Shown here piece after piece: positions 43,430-51,157 of a stretch of DNA of 64,000 nt (position 1 is the stretch's first letter; each line of letters opens with the position of its first letter). This stretch comes from Candidatus Humicultor tengchongensis. GTDB taxonomy: Bacteria > Sysuimicrobiota > Sysuimicrobiia > Sysuimicrobiales > Humicultoraceae. The stretch lies in contig JAVKIA010000008.1 in assembly GCA_031459715.1 (NCBI GenBank), positions 5,186 to 69,185 of the forward strand. The letters are read 5' to 3'. A program made the translations under genes and the position numbers. The notes below the pieces were generated by a model. The model saw only the letters and a list, made by a program, of their open reading frames with translations. It was not told where the DNA came from and did not search any database.

Positions 43430-44272
43430 TCACACCGCCGGGTCCAGCAGCGCCCTCAGCTTGGTCAGCGAGTTGGCCAGCACCCGGGAGACGTGTTTTT
43501 GTGAGATGCCGATCCGTCTGGCTGCTTCCATCTGGGTCAGGTCGGTGAAGAAGAGGTAGTAGAGCACCCGCCGCTGCAGCGGGTTCAGCTTTTCCATGGC
43601 CTCGAAAAGCACGATGCGGTCTTCCAGGGGGAGCTGGGTGGCGGTGGGAGACTTGTGCCGGGTGCGGTCGCGGTCGACGCGCAGGTCACCGGTCTCCTCA
43701 TCCGCCTCCAGGGAGATGGTGCGCAGCACCTCCCGCGTCTTCAGGGCCTCCAGGAGTCCTTCCTCCTCCACATTGAGCTCCGAGGCCAGCTGCTCCAGCG
43801 GAGGGAAGCGCCCCTCCTCGCTGATGTACCGGGCCGCCGCCTCCTCGATCTGGTGGTTAAGCTTCTGCAGCCAGCGCGGCTTGCGGATGGTGTCCCGGTG
43901 GTCGCGCAGGTAGTGTCGGATCTCCCCGCGGATGAGGTGGCTGGCGTAGGTGACGAACTTGACCCCGCGTGTGGGGTCGAACATCTCCACGGCATTGAGC
44001 AGACCGATGAAGCCTACCTGCATCAGGTCGTCGCCGGGGACTCCGGAGAAGATGAAGTCGGCCACGATGCGCCGCACCAGCGGCGTGCAGGTCAGGACGA
44101 TCTCCTCCCGCACCGCGGGGTCGCGGGTGGCCCGGTAGCGGGCGACCAGCTCGTCCTCGCCCCGCGCCGGTTGTTGCGGTGGCAGGGACGGCGCCGCCCC
44201 TCCGTCGTGCGGTGTGGACGTGCGAGAGGACGCTGCTGTGGGATATGTGCCCAGCTGGCCACGGGCTGCCAT
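43430..44272 (-). CDS. Group 3 alternative sigma-70 factor (SigB/SigF/SigG subfamily)
   Basis: Region 2 is DLMQVGFIGLLNAVEMFDPTRGVKFVTYASHLIRGEIRHYLRD. Region 4 is LNPLQRRVLYYLFFTDLTQMEAARRIGISQKHVSRVLANSLTKLR. The ATG follows GGAGGGGAG. Confidence 0.88.
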   Translation of the reverse strand: MAARGQLGTYPTAASSRTSTPHDGGAAPSLPPQQPARGEDELVARYRATRDPAVREEIVLTCTPLVRRIVADFIFSGVPGDDLMQVGFIGLLNAVEMFDPTRGVKFVTYASHLIRGEIRHYLRDHRDTIRKPRWLQKLNHQIEEAAARYISEEGRFPPLEQLASELNVEEEGLLEALKTREVLRTISLEADEETGDLRVDRDRTRHKSPTATQLPLEDRIVLFEAMEKLNPLQRRVLYYLFFTDLTQMEAARRIGISQKHVSRVLANSLTKLRALLDPAV

Positions 44273-44401
44273 CGGTGCTCCCCTCCGGCGGCGTGACCCC
44301 GAAAGCCGGTGAGATGCCCGCGGCAGGTTGAGCCTGTCGGGGCAGCAGGCTCAGAGCGGCGATGCATGCAGCGATGTGAGGTGCGATGTCCGCCTGAAAG
44401 C

Positions 44402-44437
44402 GAAGTCCCCCTCGGTGGTGCCACCGAGGGGGACTTC
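44402..44437 (-). terminator. Expression-platform hairpin of riboswitch 1 (17-bp perfect stem)
   Basis: The minus strand reads GAAGTCCCCCTCGGTGG-CA-CCACCGAGGGGGACTTC followed by GCTTTC. The 3' arm is also complementary to GGAAGTCCCC at the aptamer's 5' end. Confidence 0.6.
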
Positions 44438-44444
44438 AAACGCC

Positions 44445-44540
44445 TTTTTCCCTTCGGCAGCCCGGCCGACCGCTTCCCTGGTCCCGTGGCTTTGCGCCCC
44501 CACCTCGCGATGGGTTTGCCTTTTCGGGGACTTCCTATGA
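44445..44540 (-). promoter_or_regulatory. c-di-GMP-I (GEMM-I) riboswitch aptamer, copy 1
   Basis: The minus strand reads GGAAGUCCCCGAAAAGGCAAACCCAUCGCGAGGUGGGGGCGCAAAGCCACGGGACCAGGGAAGCGGUCGGCCGGGCUGCCGAAGGG. This has the hallmark GGCAAACC, a helix capped by GNRA, GCGCAAAGCC-CGGG and ...CGGGCUGCCGA. Compare V. cholerae Vc2. Confidence 0.85.
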
Positions 44541-44556
44541 AGTTGTGCTTCACCTT

Positions 44557-44562
44557 ATTCTA
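44557..44562 (-). promoter_or_regulatory. Candidate -10 box TAGAAT just upstream of riboswitch 1
   Basis: Read on the minus strand in a locally AT-rich patch about 15 nt before the aptamer. No convincing -35 was found. Confidence 0.3.
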
Positions 44563-44673
44563 CACACCTCCCGCAACTCCTGCTGCGTCGCGCAAGAAAT
44601 CTGTCCACAGCGGCCTTCGCCCCACCTTCCGCCGATTCCGCCCGGATCCTCCCGCCCCCTTCACGCCATTTTC

Positions 44674-45711
44674 TCAGGATGCGGACGGCCCGGCGCGGGG
44701 ACGAGGACTGTAGCGGCGGAAGACCAGCCGGCGGTCCACCAGGCCGCTGAGGACACCGTCCACCTGGTCCAGCGGGACGGCCGCCGCGCGCGCAACCTCC
44801 TCGAGGGTGCGGCTGCCGTCCAGCAGCGGGAGCCACCCGACGATCTCCTGGCCGAACCGGATGATCAGGTCGCGCAGCGCCTCGGGTTTGGCCAGGTCCA
44901 CGGTGGGGGCCAGGAGGAAGCGCTCGTCGCCCCGAAATCGACGAGACACCTCACTCCCGGCCGGGACCACCGTGGGCTCCCTGGATTCTGCCGGCACGGG
45001 TAGGGGAGACTCTACAGGTGGCGGGACCGCGGAGGGGGGCTCATCCGCCGCGACCGGGGAAACCGCCTCCGCCTCACCCGAGGGGACGGGCTCCTGCTGC
45101 CCGGGCTCCCGCTGCGACGGGGCGAGCTCTTGCTGTGCGGGCTCCCGCTGCGGTGAAGGCTCCGGGGGCGGGAAGAGGTCCACGGCCACGCGGCCGCGGT
45201 AGATCTGCAGCAGCCCCTCCTGCAAAGGGAAGGTACCGTCTGTCCCGAGGACAGCTCCCTGGTGGAAGCGCGCCGCCCGCACCAGGCCGTCCTGCACGAT
45301 CCACGCGGCCGCAGCATCGCCGATGAGCACGGCGACGCCGTTGAACCCGTGTTGCTGGGCCCACCGGACCCAGGCTTCTGTGGAGACGACCTCCGCCGGC
45401 AGGGCCGGATGTACCAGCGCCAGGTCGCGCAGTGCCGCCGCCCAGCGCGCCGGAAGAGGCACCTGTCCCCAGCGCGGCGGAGGCATCCGCTCCAGGCGGC
45501 GAGCCACTGAGGTGAGGGCGTGCTCCCCCTCCGCCCACCCTTTGCCGTCCCACAGGTGGATGCGGGGACGGCCGTCGACGAAGAGCAGGACCGCCTCGCT
45601 CTCGGGCCAGCGCAGCCAGAGGTAGCCGTTCCACTGGTGCCGCTGCGCCACCCAGGTGGCCCAGCGGGCAGGGGTGAGGACTAGCGACGCAGTGCCGCCG
45701 CGTACCGCCAT
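44674..45711 (-). CDS. Hypothetical protein: two DUF4388-like repeats, a Pro/Gln/Glu-rich repeat linker and a C-terminal wHTH-like module
   Basis: ATG at 45711 overlaps the upstream stop (TGATG). HGFNGVAVLIGDAAAAWIVQDGLVRAARF and QWNGYLWLRWPESEAVLLFVDGRPRIHLW resemble the DUF4388 pattern. The linker is PQREPAQQELAPSQREPGQQEP. The domain call is tentative. Confidence 0.5.
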   Translation of the reverse strand: MAVRGGTASLVLTPARWATWVAQRHQWNGYLWLRWPESEAVLLFVDGRPRIHLWDGKGWAEGEHALTSVARRLERMPPPRWGQVPLPARWAAALRDLALVHPALPAEVVSTEAWVRWAQQHGFNGVAVLIGDAAAAWIVQDGLVRAARFHQGAVLGTDGTFPLQEGLLQIYRGRVAVDLFPPPEPSPQREPAQQELAPSQREPGQQEPVPSGEAEAVSPVAADEPPSAVPPPVESPLPVPAESREPTVVPAGSEVSRRFRGDERFLLAPTVDLAKPEALRDLIIRFGQEIVGWLPLLDGSRTLEEVARAAAVPLDQVDGVLSGLVDRRLVFRRYSPRPRAGPSAS

Positions 45712-46472
45712 CAGAGTGCCTCGATCATCCGCCGGTGCCAGGTCCCGCTGGCGGAGAGCGCCGCAAGCCCGGTCACGCGCAACAGGTTGACCGGGTGAAC
45801 GTGCGTGTACAGCTCGTAGGAGGCCAGGTAGGCCAGGCCCGGACCGGCCAGGGCCAGGCAGGCCACGCCTGCAGCCACCCCCAGCCAGACGTATCCGGAG
45901 ACGCCGCCGCGGAAGGCGATGGCCGGTCCCAGGGCCAGCGGCACCAGCAGAGCCGGCATGCCAGCGTAGAAGAGGTCGAGACCCTTCTCCAGGGGGTGGA
46001 GCGGGCTGGAGAGCACCGGCCACATGAACCAGCCGACCAGCGTAACCCCCAGCAGCGCACCGCAACCCGCCAGCGCCAGCCGCTGCCACGACGGGAGCAT
46101 GGGGCTCACCAGGAGGAACTCATCCCCCAGGGCAGCGAGCAGCAGGAGGAAGGCCGTCACCTGGAAGGCGTCGGCCGCGGACGGGTAGAGGCGCGCCGGG
46201 CCGGACCACTCCCGCAGGGCGTAGACCAGCAGCCCTACCACCCACACCCCCGGTGCCCAGGCCGCCAGGTGCCAGACACGTCGCTCGCGGTCTCGGGGAC
46301 CGTAGGTGCGCGCCGCCCGCAGGAGGGCCGTCGTCGCAGCAGCCGCGGCCAGGACCTGCAAGGTGAGGCTGAGCAGGTGCTGCACCAGGCGCGCGCCCGC
46401 GTCTACCGGCACGGGCAGGAAGACCGCCAGGCCGGCGGCGACCAGGAGGAGCGGCAGCATCAGCGCGACCAC
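45711..46472 (-). CDS. Hypothetical multi-pass membrane protein (about 8 TM)
   Basis: Hydrophobic helices throughout (MVALMLPLLLVAAGLAVFL...). No catalytic motif recognised. Confidence 0.55.
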   Translation of the reverse strand: MVALMLPLLLVAAGLAVFLPVPVDAGARLVQHLLSLTLQVLAAAAATTALLRAARTYGPRDRERRVWHLAAWAPGVWVVGLLVYALREWSGPARLYPSAADAFQVTAFLLLLAALGDEFLLVSPMLPSWQRLALAGCGALLGVTLVGWFMWPVLSSPLHPLEKGLDLFYAGMPALLVPLALGPAIAFRGGVSGYVWLGVAAGVACLALAGPGLAYLASYELYTHVHPVNLLRVTGLAALSASGTWHRRMIEAL

Positions 46473-46475
46473 TTC

Positions 46476-47291
46476 TCAGTCTCCCTGCGCTGCGGACTGC
46501 AGGATCTGCTTCACGGCGTCCTCGCAGGCGAAGTCTCGGGCCAGCGTCAGCAGCAGCCGCTCCGTGAAGGCCGACCCGGCCACCCGCCGCAGCCCCTCTG
46601 CCACGCGGCGCAGGGCGGCGGCGCCCTGCTCCGGGCTGAGGCGGCCCTGTATCGCGCCCCCGGAGGCGGTGGCGTGTGGTGCCATCGCCGCATTGGCCGC
46701 CTCCTCCAGTTGCAGGGCCAGCGGGCTTCCACGGTGCCGTCGCACCCGCGCCAGCGCCTCAGGCAGCAACCGCTCCCACGGCACAGCTCCCGGGCTGCGA
46801 CCTGAACCCTCACCGCCAGCCGCCACCCGGGGGGTCGGCAGACCGCGCAGCCGGGCCACCAGTCCGGCCCCGCCGCCTGCGGCGCGCCCATCCGCAGGCG
46901 CGCCCCGCCCGTCCTTCTCCTCCGCCCCGCGCAGCGCGGCATCGGCGGCAGCGCCGAGTGGCGGAGCCGACCCCGGATGGACGGAGACCAGCGCGTCCGG
47001 GTCCGCCCACACCAGGCGGAGCGCCGCCAGGGGGTCCTCCTGCTGCAGCAGCACGTCGCCCGCACCCGCGGGCAGCACCCAGGCACCGTGCAGGCGACCG
47101 CAGTCAAACCACAGCGCCGCCTCTCCGGGGCGGCCGGCGGCGTACATCAGGCCGCTGAAGCCACGACGCCGCAGCAGCGCCACCAGCGGGTCGAGACGCA
47201 GATAGGCGGGCCGCAGGTCGTCGTACAGCGGCCGCTCCGCGCGGGCCACCCGCAGCAGCGTCTCCGCTTGCAGCCGGGAGAGGGCAGGCAT
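46476..47291 (-). CDS. Hypothetical protein with a DUF4388-like N-terminal module
   Basis: LDPLVALLRRRGFSGLMYAAGRPGEAALWFDCGRLHGAWVL. The assignment is tentative. Confidence 0.45.
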   Translation of the reverse strand: MPALSRLQAETLLRVARAERPLYDDLRPAYLRLDPLVALLRRRGFSGLMYAAGRPGEAALWFDCGRLHGAWVLPAGAGDVLLQQEDPLAALRLVWADPDALVSVHPGSAPPLGAAADAALRGAEEKDGRGAPADGRAAGGGAGLVARLRGLPTPRVAAGGEGSGRSPGAVPWERLLPEALARVRRHRGSPLALQLEEAANAAMAPHATASGGAIQGRLSPEQGAAALRRVAEGLRRVAGSAFTERLLLTLARDFACEDAVKQILQSAAQGD

Positions 47292-48236
47292 CTACCTGAT
47301 CCCCCGCTCCCTGTAGTAGCGGTGCGCCCCCGGATGCGCGGGGATGGGCATCCCCCGGCGGGCGGCCACAAGGCTGATATCCTGGCCACGGGCGTGGGCC
47401 CGGCGCAGTCGGTCAGCATGCTCCCACAACGCCCGGGTCAGGCTGTAGACGAGCTGCTCGTCCGCCTCCTGGCGCGTCAGCAGCATGGCCACTACCGCCA
47501 CGGTATCCACAGGACGGTCCTGCCCGCGGTAGGCGCGTGCCGGAATCTCCGCGGCGCTGTAGAGGGGATACTGCACGCGCAGGGCGTCCGCTGCAGCCCG
47601 CGGGATGGGTAATAGCTGCAGGTCCCCTCCGGCCGTCGCCTCCTGCACGGCGGCGGTGGAAATGCCCGCGGTGAAGAAGGCGGCGTCGATCAGCCCGTCC
47701 CTGAGCTGGTCGGCCGCCTCGGCGAAGGTGAGAAACTCCTGGTGCATGCGGGCGGCATCCAGGCCGAAGTGACGCAGGATCTGCCGGGCGTTCACTGCGG
47801 TCCCGCTCCCTGGTGCTCCCACCGCCACGCGCCGCCCCTTCAGATCGGTGATACCGTTGATCCCCCGACCCTTCAGCGTCACCACCTGCACTACCTCCGG
47901 GTAGAGCATGGCCACGCCGCGCAGGTTCCCTGCCAGCGGCCGGCCCAGCTCCGCGAACGGCTCCACCCCTCGGGCGGCATACCAGACGACGTCGTGCTGG
48001 GCGAAGGCCACGTCCGCATCACCGCGGGCGACCAGCCGAACGTTGGCCACGGAGCCGGCAGTTACCTGAGCCATCGCCTGTACTCCCGGAACCGTCGCCG
48101 ACCAGATCTCGGCCAGCGCGGTCCCCAGCGGGAAGTAGACGCCTCCCACCTCGCCGGTGGCCACCACGACGTACGTGCGCTGGCCCGCCTCCGCCGGACC
48201 GCTCAGGCCGATGGCGCCGGCCAGGATCAGGACCAC
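47292..48236 (-). CDS. TAXI-family (TRAP-associated) periplasmic solute-binding protein
   Basis: VVATGEVGGVYFPLGTALAEIW...VTAGSVANVRLVARGDADVAFAQ...GRRVAVGAPGSGT...AHPGAHRYYRERG. The start is GTG. Confidence 0.8.
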   Translation of the reverse strand: MVLILAGAIGLSGPAEAGQRTYVVVATGEVGGVYFPLGTALAEIWSATVPGVQAMAQVTAGSVANVRLVARGDADVAFAQHDVVWYAARGVEPFAELGRPLAGNLRGVAMLYPEVVQVVTLKGRGINGITDLKGRRVAVGAPGSGTAVNARQILRHFGLDAARMHQEFLTFAEAADQLRDGLIDAAFFTAGISTAAVQEATAGGDLQLLPIPRAAADALRVQYPLYSAAEIPARAYRGQDRPVDTVAVVAMLLTRQEADEQLVYSLTRALWEHADRLRRAHARGQDISLVAARRGMPIPAHPGAHRYYRERGIR

Positions 48237-48260
48237 CGCGCAGCGCGTCGGCCACTCCCC

Positions 48261-49367
48261 CTACTGCCTCACTGCCACAAAGCGCCCCCCGCTGAGGCGC
48301 GCTACCACCACAGCGCCCAGGGGGTCGCCGAAGCGGTCAAACGTCAGGTTGCCGGTGACGGCGGGGAAGCGCCGCAGCGTCGCCACCGCGTTCCGCATCC
48401 GCTCCCGGTCCGCCCCCGCGCGGCGCAGGGCAAAGGCCAGCACGCGCACCGCATCGTAGGCCTGGGCTGCGATCTGCTCGGGTGTACGGCCGTACCGTTC
48501 GCGGTAGGCGGCGACGAAGCTGCGGACAAGGGGGAGGGGGACGTCCGGCAGAAAACCCGCCGGCACGTACAGGTCGTTGGCGACGGTCCCGGCCCAGGTG
48601 GAGGTGTCCTCGGTGTATAGGGCGCCACCTGCTCCGACGGGCAGGCCGGGAGCCGCGGCGCGGGCCTGTCGCAGGAAGAGCGCCCCCTCCGGGGGATACG
48701 CCGCCAGGAAGATGGCCTGCGCCCCCTCGGCGAGAGCCCCCCGGAGGTGCCGGGTGAAGTCCCGCTCCCCCTGCCGGAAGAGGCGACACCCGGTGACGAC
48801 GGCACCCCTGGCCCGGACAGCCTGCTCAAAGGCCAGGGCAACCATGGTCCCGTAGGCGTTGCTGTCGTGCACTACAGCGATGCGGCGCGCTCCTAACCGG
48901 TCCACCAGGTGGGCGGCGACGGCCTGCGCCTGGCTGTGCGCCGGCAGCGCCGTGCGGAAGACGTAGTGTCCGCCGTAGGGCAGCGGGACGGCCGCGCCCG
49001 GCGTGATCAGGACCAGGCGGTGGCGCTCCGCCGCGGGGGCGGCGGCCACGGCGGAGGCGTCGCCAAGCGGCCCGAGGACGGCCACCGCTCCCCGCGCCGC
49101 CAGTGCGGCCACGAGCTGGGGGGCACTCTCGATGGCCCGTTCCTCAAGGCGCAGCAGGACCAGCGGTCGGCCGCGCACGCCTCCGTCGGCGTTGATCTGG
49201 CCTGCGGCCAGCTCGGCTCCCTCAAGGAAAGCGGCCGCACCGCGCGTCCCCTCCGCGGGCGGTACGATCACCCCCAGGGTGAGCGCCGCGCCGGCCGTGG
49301 AGGCGGCCGGCGCGCACGCCGGCAACAGGAGGACCGACAGGAGCAGCCCCCACGGTGGCCGGCTCAT
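48261..49367 (-). CDS. Type 1 periplasmic binding protein (LivJ/LivK-like, Peripla_BP_6) lipoprotein
   Basis: MSRPPWGLLLSVLLLPAC has a lipobox. LTLGVIVPP...GAELAAGQINADGGVRGRPLVLL...YVFRTALP follows. The upstream 70+ codons of the track ORF overlap the riboswitch and are rejected. An alternative ATG lies at 49379. Confidence 0.8.
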   Translation of the reverse strand: MSRPPWGLLLSVLLLPACAPAASTAGAALTLGVIVPPAEGTRGAAAFLEGAELAAGQINADGGVRGRPLVLLRLEERAIESAPQLVAALAARGAVAVLGPLGDASAVAAAPAAERHRLVLITPGAAVPLPYGGHYVFRTALPAHSQAQAVAAHLVDRLGARRIAVVHDSNAYGTMVALAFEQAVRARGAVVTGCRLFRQGERDFTRHLRGALAEGAQAIFLAAYPPEGALFLRQARAAAPGLPVGAGGALYTEDTSTWAGTVANDLYVPAGFLPDVPLPLVRSFVAAYRERYGRTPEQIAAQAYDAVRVLAFALRRAGADRERMRNAVATLRRFPAVTGNLTFDRFGDPLGAVVVARLSGGRFVAVRQ

Positions 49368-49426
49368 CGCTTGCCTCATCAGCCAATGGCACCTTCCTGC
49401 CGGAGGACGTCTCCGGAGCAACGAAC

Positions 49427-49479
49427 GGCGCAGCGCCCTCAGCCTCGCCTGAATGCCGAGAGGCCGAGGGCGCTGCGCC
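49427..49479 (-). terminator. Expression-platform hairpin of riboswitch 2
   Basis: The minus strand reads GGCGCAGCGCCCTC-GGCCTC...GAGGCT-GAGGGCGCTGCGCC followed by GTTCGTT. A long GC stem with a weak U-tract. Confidence 0.5.
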
Positions 49480-49499
49480 AGAATGAACCGTAGCTGTCC

Positions 49500-49610
49500 T
49501 CGCCTGTCGGCAGCCCGGCTGACCCTACCCGCAGCGCGCCCGCGGACGCTGCGGCATCTCCCCTGGGTCCCGTGGCTTTGCGTCCCCACCTCGCGGTGGG
49601 TTTGCCCTTA
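49500..49610 (-). promoter_or_regulatory. c-di-GMP-I (GEMM-I) riboswitch aptamer, copy 2
   Basis: The minus strand reads GCGAUAAGGGCAAACCCACCGCGAGGUGGGGACGCAAAGCCACGGGACCC...GGGUAGGGUCAGCCGGGCUGCCGACAGG. It aligns almost position for position with Vc2 (GGGCAAACCAUUCGAAAGAGUGGGACGCAAAGCCUCCGGCC...GCGGGGUUACCGAUGG). Confidence 0.9.
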
Positions 49611-49655
49611 TCGCAGGCACCTACCCGTCCTTCCCATACCCGGAGCGCGGCCTAC

Positions 49656-50600
49656 CTAGACCCTGCCCGCCCCTGCCGGGTAGACGACACGCAGCCGGCG
49701 GTAGAGGTCGCCCACGTTGCGCACGTAGAGCACCGTCTCCTCGTAGGGCGGGATGCCGCCGTACCGCTGCACCGCGCCCTTTCCGGCGTTGTACGCCGCC
49801 AGGGCCAGGTGGAGGTTTTCCCACCCGAAGTGATCCAGGTTCCCTCGCAGCACGCGTACCGTCCCGTAGATGTTCTGCACGGGGTCGTCGGGGTGGATGC
49901 CGAGGGCGGCAGCCGTCTCCGGCATCAATTGCCCCAGCCCTCTGGCGCCCCGGTGGGAGCGGGCGGTGGGAGAAAATCCGGATTCCACAGCGATGACGGC
50001 GGCAATGAGCCGGGGGTCGAGGTTGTACTGCCGGGAGAACCCCAGGATGGCCTCCGCGATGACCTGGGCGTCCTCTGCGGCCAGGCGGGCGTTGTAGAAG
50101 CGGGCCATGGCGGCGTAGACGCGCGGGTCCAGGGCGGGCGGCCACGCCCCCGCCGGGATGCCGCCCAGGGCCATTCCGCGGATGGCACGCAGCCCCTGGC
50201 GGGCCACCTCCGCCTCCGCCCCCCGGGGGACCAGGAGGAGCGCGCGCTGCAGCGCCCGCTCAGCCTGCGGCAGGTCGCCGCTGGAGGCAAGGGCGTGCCC
50301 CCACCACAGCCAGACGTGTCCGTCTCGCGGAGCAAGCACCGCAGCGGCCCGCAGCGCCTCGGCGCCCTCAAGGGGGCGGCCGAGACGGACCAGCGTGATC
50401 CCCAGCCAGAACCGCGGCTGTGCCTGGCCTCGCCGCTCCCGCACCGCCCGGTGGAAGGCCTCCGCCGCGGCCGCCAGGTGCCCCTGCCGGTAGAGGGCGA
50501 TTCCTGCGTCCAGAGTGGAAGCCGCGGCCAGGGGCGCCGGCCTGGCCGCCGCCACCGCCAGCGCCAGGGCCAGGCCCGCGGCAACCTGCCCGTCCCTCAC
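49656..50600 (-). CDS. Lytic transglycosylase (SLT domain) with an N-terminal TPR region and signal peptide
   Basis: AVIAVESGFSPTARSHRGARGLGQLMPETA...ALAAYNAGKGAVQRYGGIPPYEETVLYV is the SLT catalytic-Glu motif. The GTG start overlaps the upstream stop (GTGA). Confidence 0.85.
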   Translation of the reverse strand: MRDGQVAAGLALALAVAAARPAPLAAASTLDAGIALYRQGHLAAAAEAFHRAVRERRGQAQPRFWLGITLVRLGRPLEGAEALRAAAVLAPRDGHVWLWWGHALASSGDLPQAERALQRALLLVPRGAEAEVARQGLRAIRGMALGGIPAGAWPPALDPRVYAAMARFYNARLAAEDAQVIAEAILGFSRQYNLDPRLIAAVIAVESGFSPTARSHRGARGLGQLMPETAAALGIHPDDPVQNIYGTVRVLRGNLDHFGWENLHLALAAYNAGKGAVQRYGGIPPYEETVLYVRNVGDLYRRLRVVYPAGAGRV

Positions 50601-51001
50601 GTCAGCAGGTCGACCAGCTCGCTGCGGCGCTTCTTGATCGCCAGCCGGGCCCGGGCCACATTGCCCCCCGCACGCAGCACGATCACCAGGAAGTGCTCCG
50701 CCGTGAGCATGACCACCAGCAGGGAGAGGCGGTCGCTGGAGAGGGAGACGGAGTCCACCTCCCCTCCGTCCAGCTTGCGCGCACAGTATGCGCCCAACTT
50801 GAGCAGAACGGCCAGGTCCTGGCCCATCCGCCCCAGGTCGGCCTCCAGGTCCTTGACCACCGCCTGCACCACGGTCCCGTCCATGGCGCCGACCGCCGCC
50901 GCCTGCGCGTCGTCGGGGGTCAGTTCCTGGAGGATCGCCCGCAGGGACATGGATGACTTCGTCAGCGCGTCCAACGACCGGGAGGACTTCGACGACTCCA
51001 C
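50597..51001 (-). CDS. Roadblock/LC7-like protein (second paralog)
   Basis: LRAILQELTPDDAQAAAVGAMDGTVVQAVV...VDSVSLSSDRLSLLVVMLTAEHFLVIVLRAGGNVARARLAIKK. GTG at 51001 follows GGAGGG. Confidence 0.55.
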   Translation of the reverse strand: MESSKSSRSLDALTKSSMSLRAILQELTPDDAQAAAVGAMDGTVVQAVVKDLEADLGRMGQDLAVLLKLGAYCARKLDGGEVDSVSLSSDRLSLLVVMLTAEHFLVIVLRAGGNVARARLAIKKRRSELVDLLT

Positions 51002-51157
51002 TGCCCCGCCCTCCGGCCTCAGGCGGAGCCGTCCGGCGGCGACGGCGGGTATGGCTCGGTACGGGTCGGGTGGCGGCGCGCGCGCACAGAAGCCCCTGGA
51101 GGTCCTGATCTAGCCACTATATGCCCGCGCCTGCGTACCCACAGACCTGGGCCGCGC

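Noticed and set aside
44328-44713. Plus-strand ORFs (44309..44713, 44328..44540) and minus-strand ORF 44092..44553 across the sigma-factor leader.
   Set aside because: The region is explained by the GEMM-I aptamer and its terminator hairpin. The ORFs have no SD and have biased composition.
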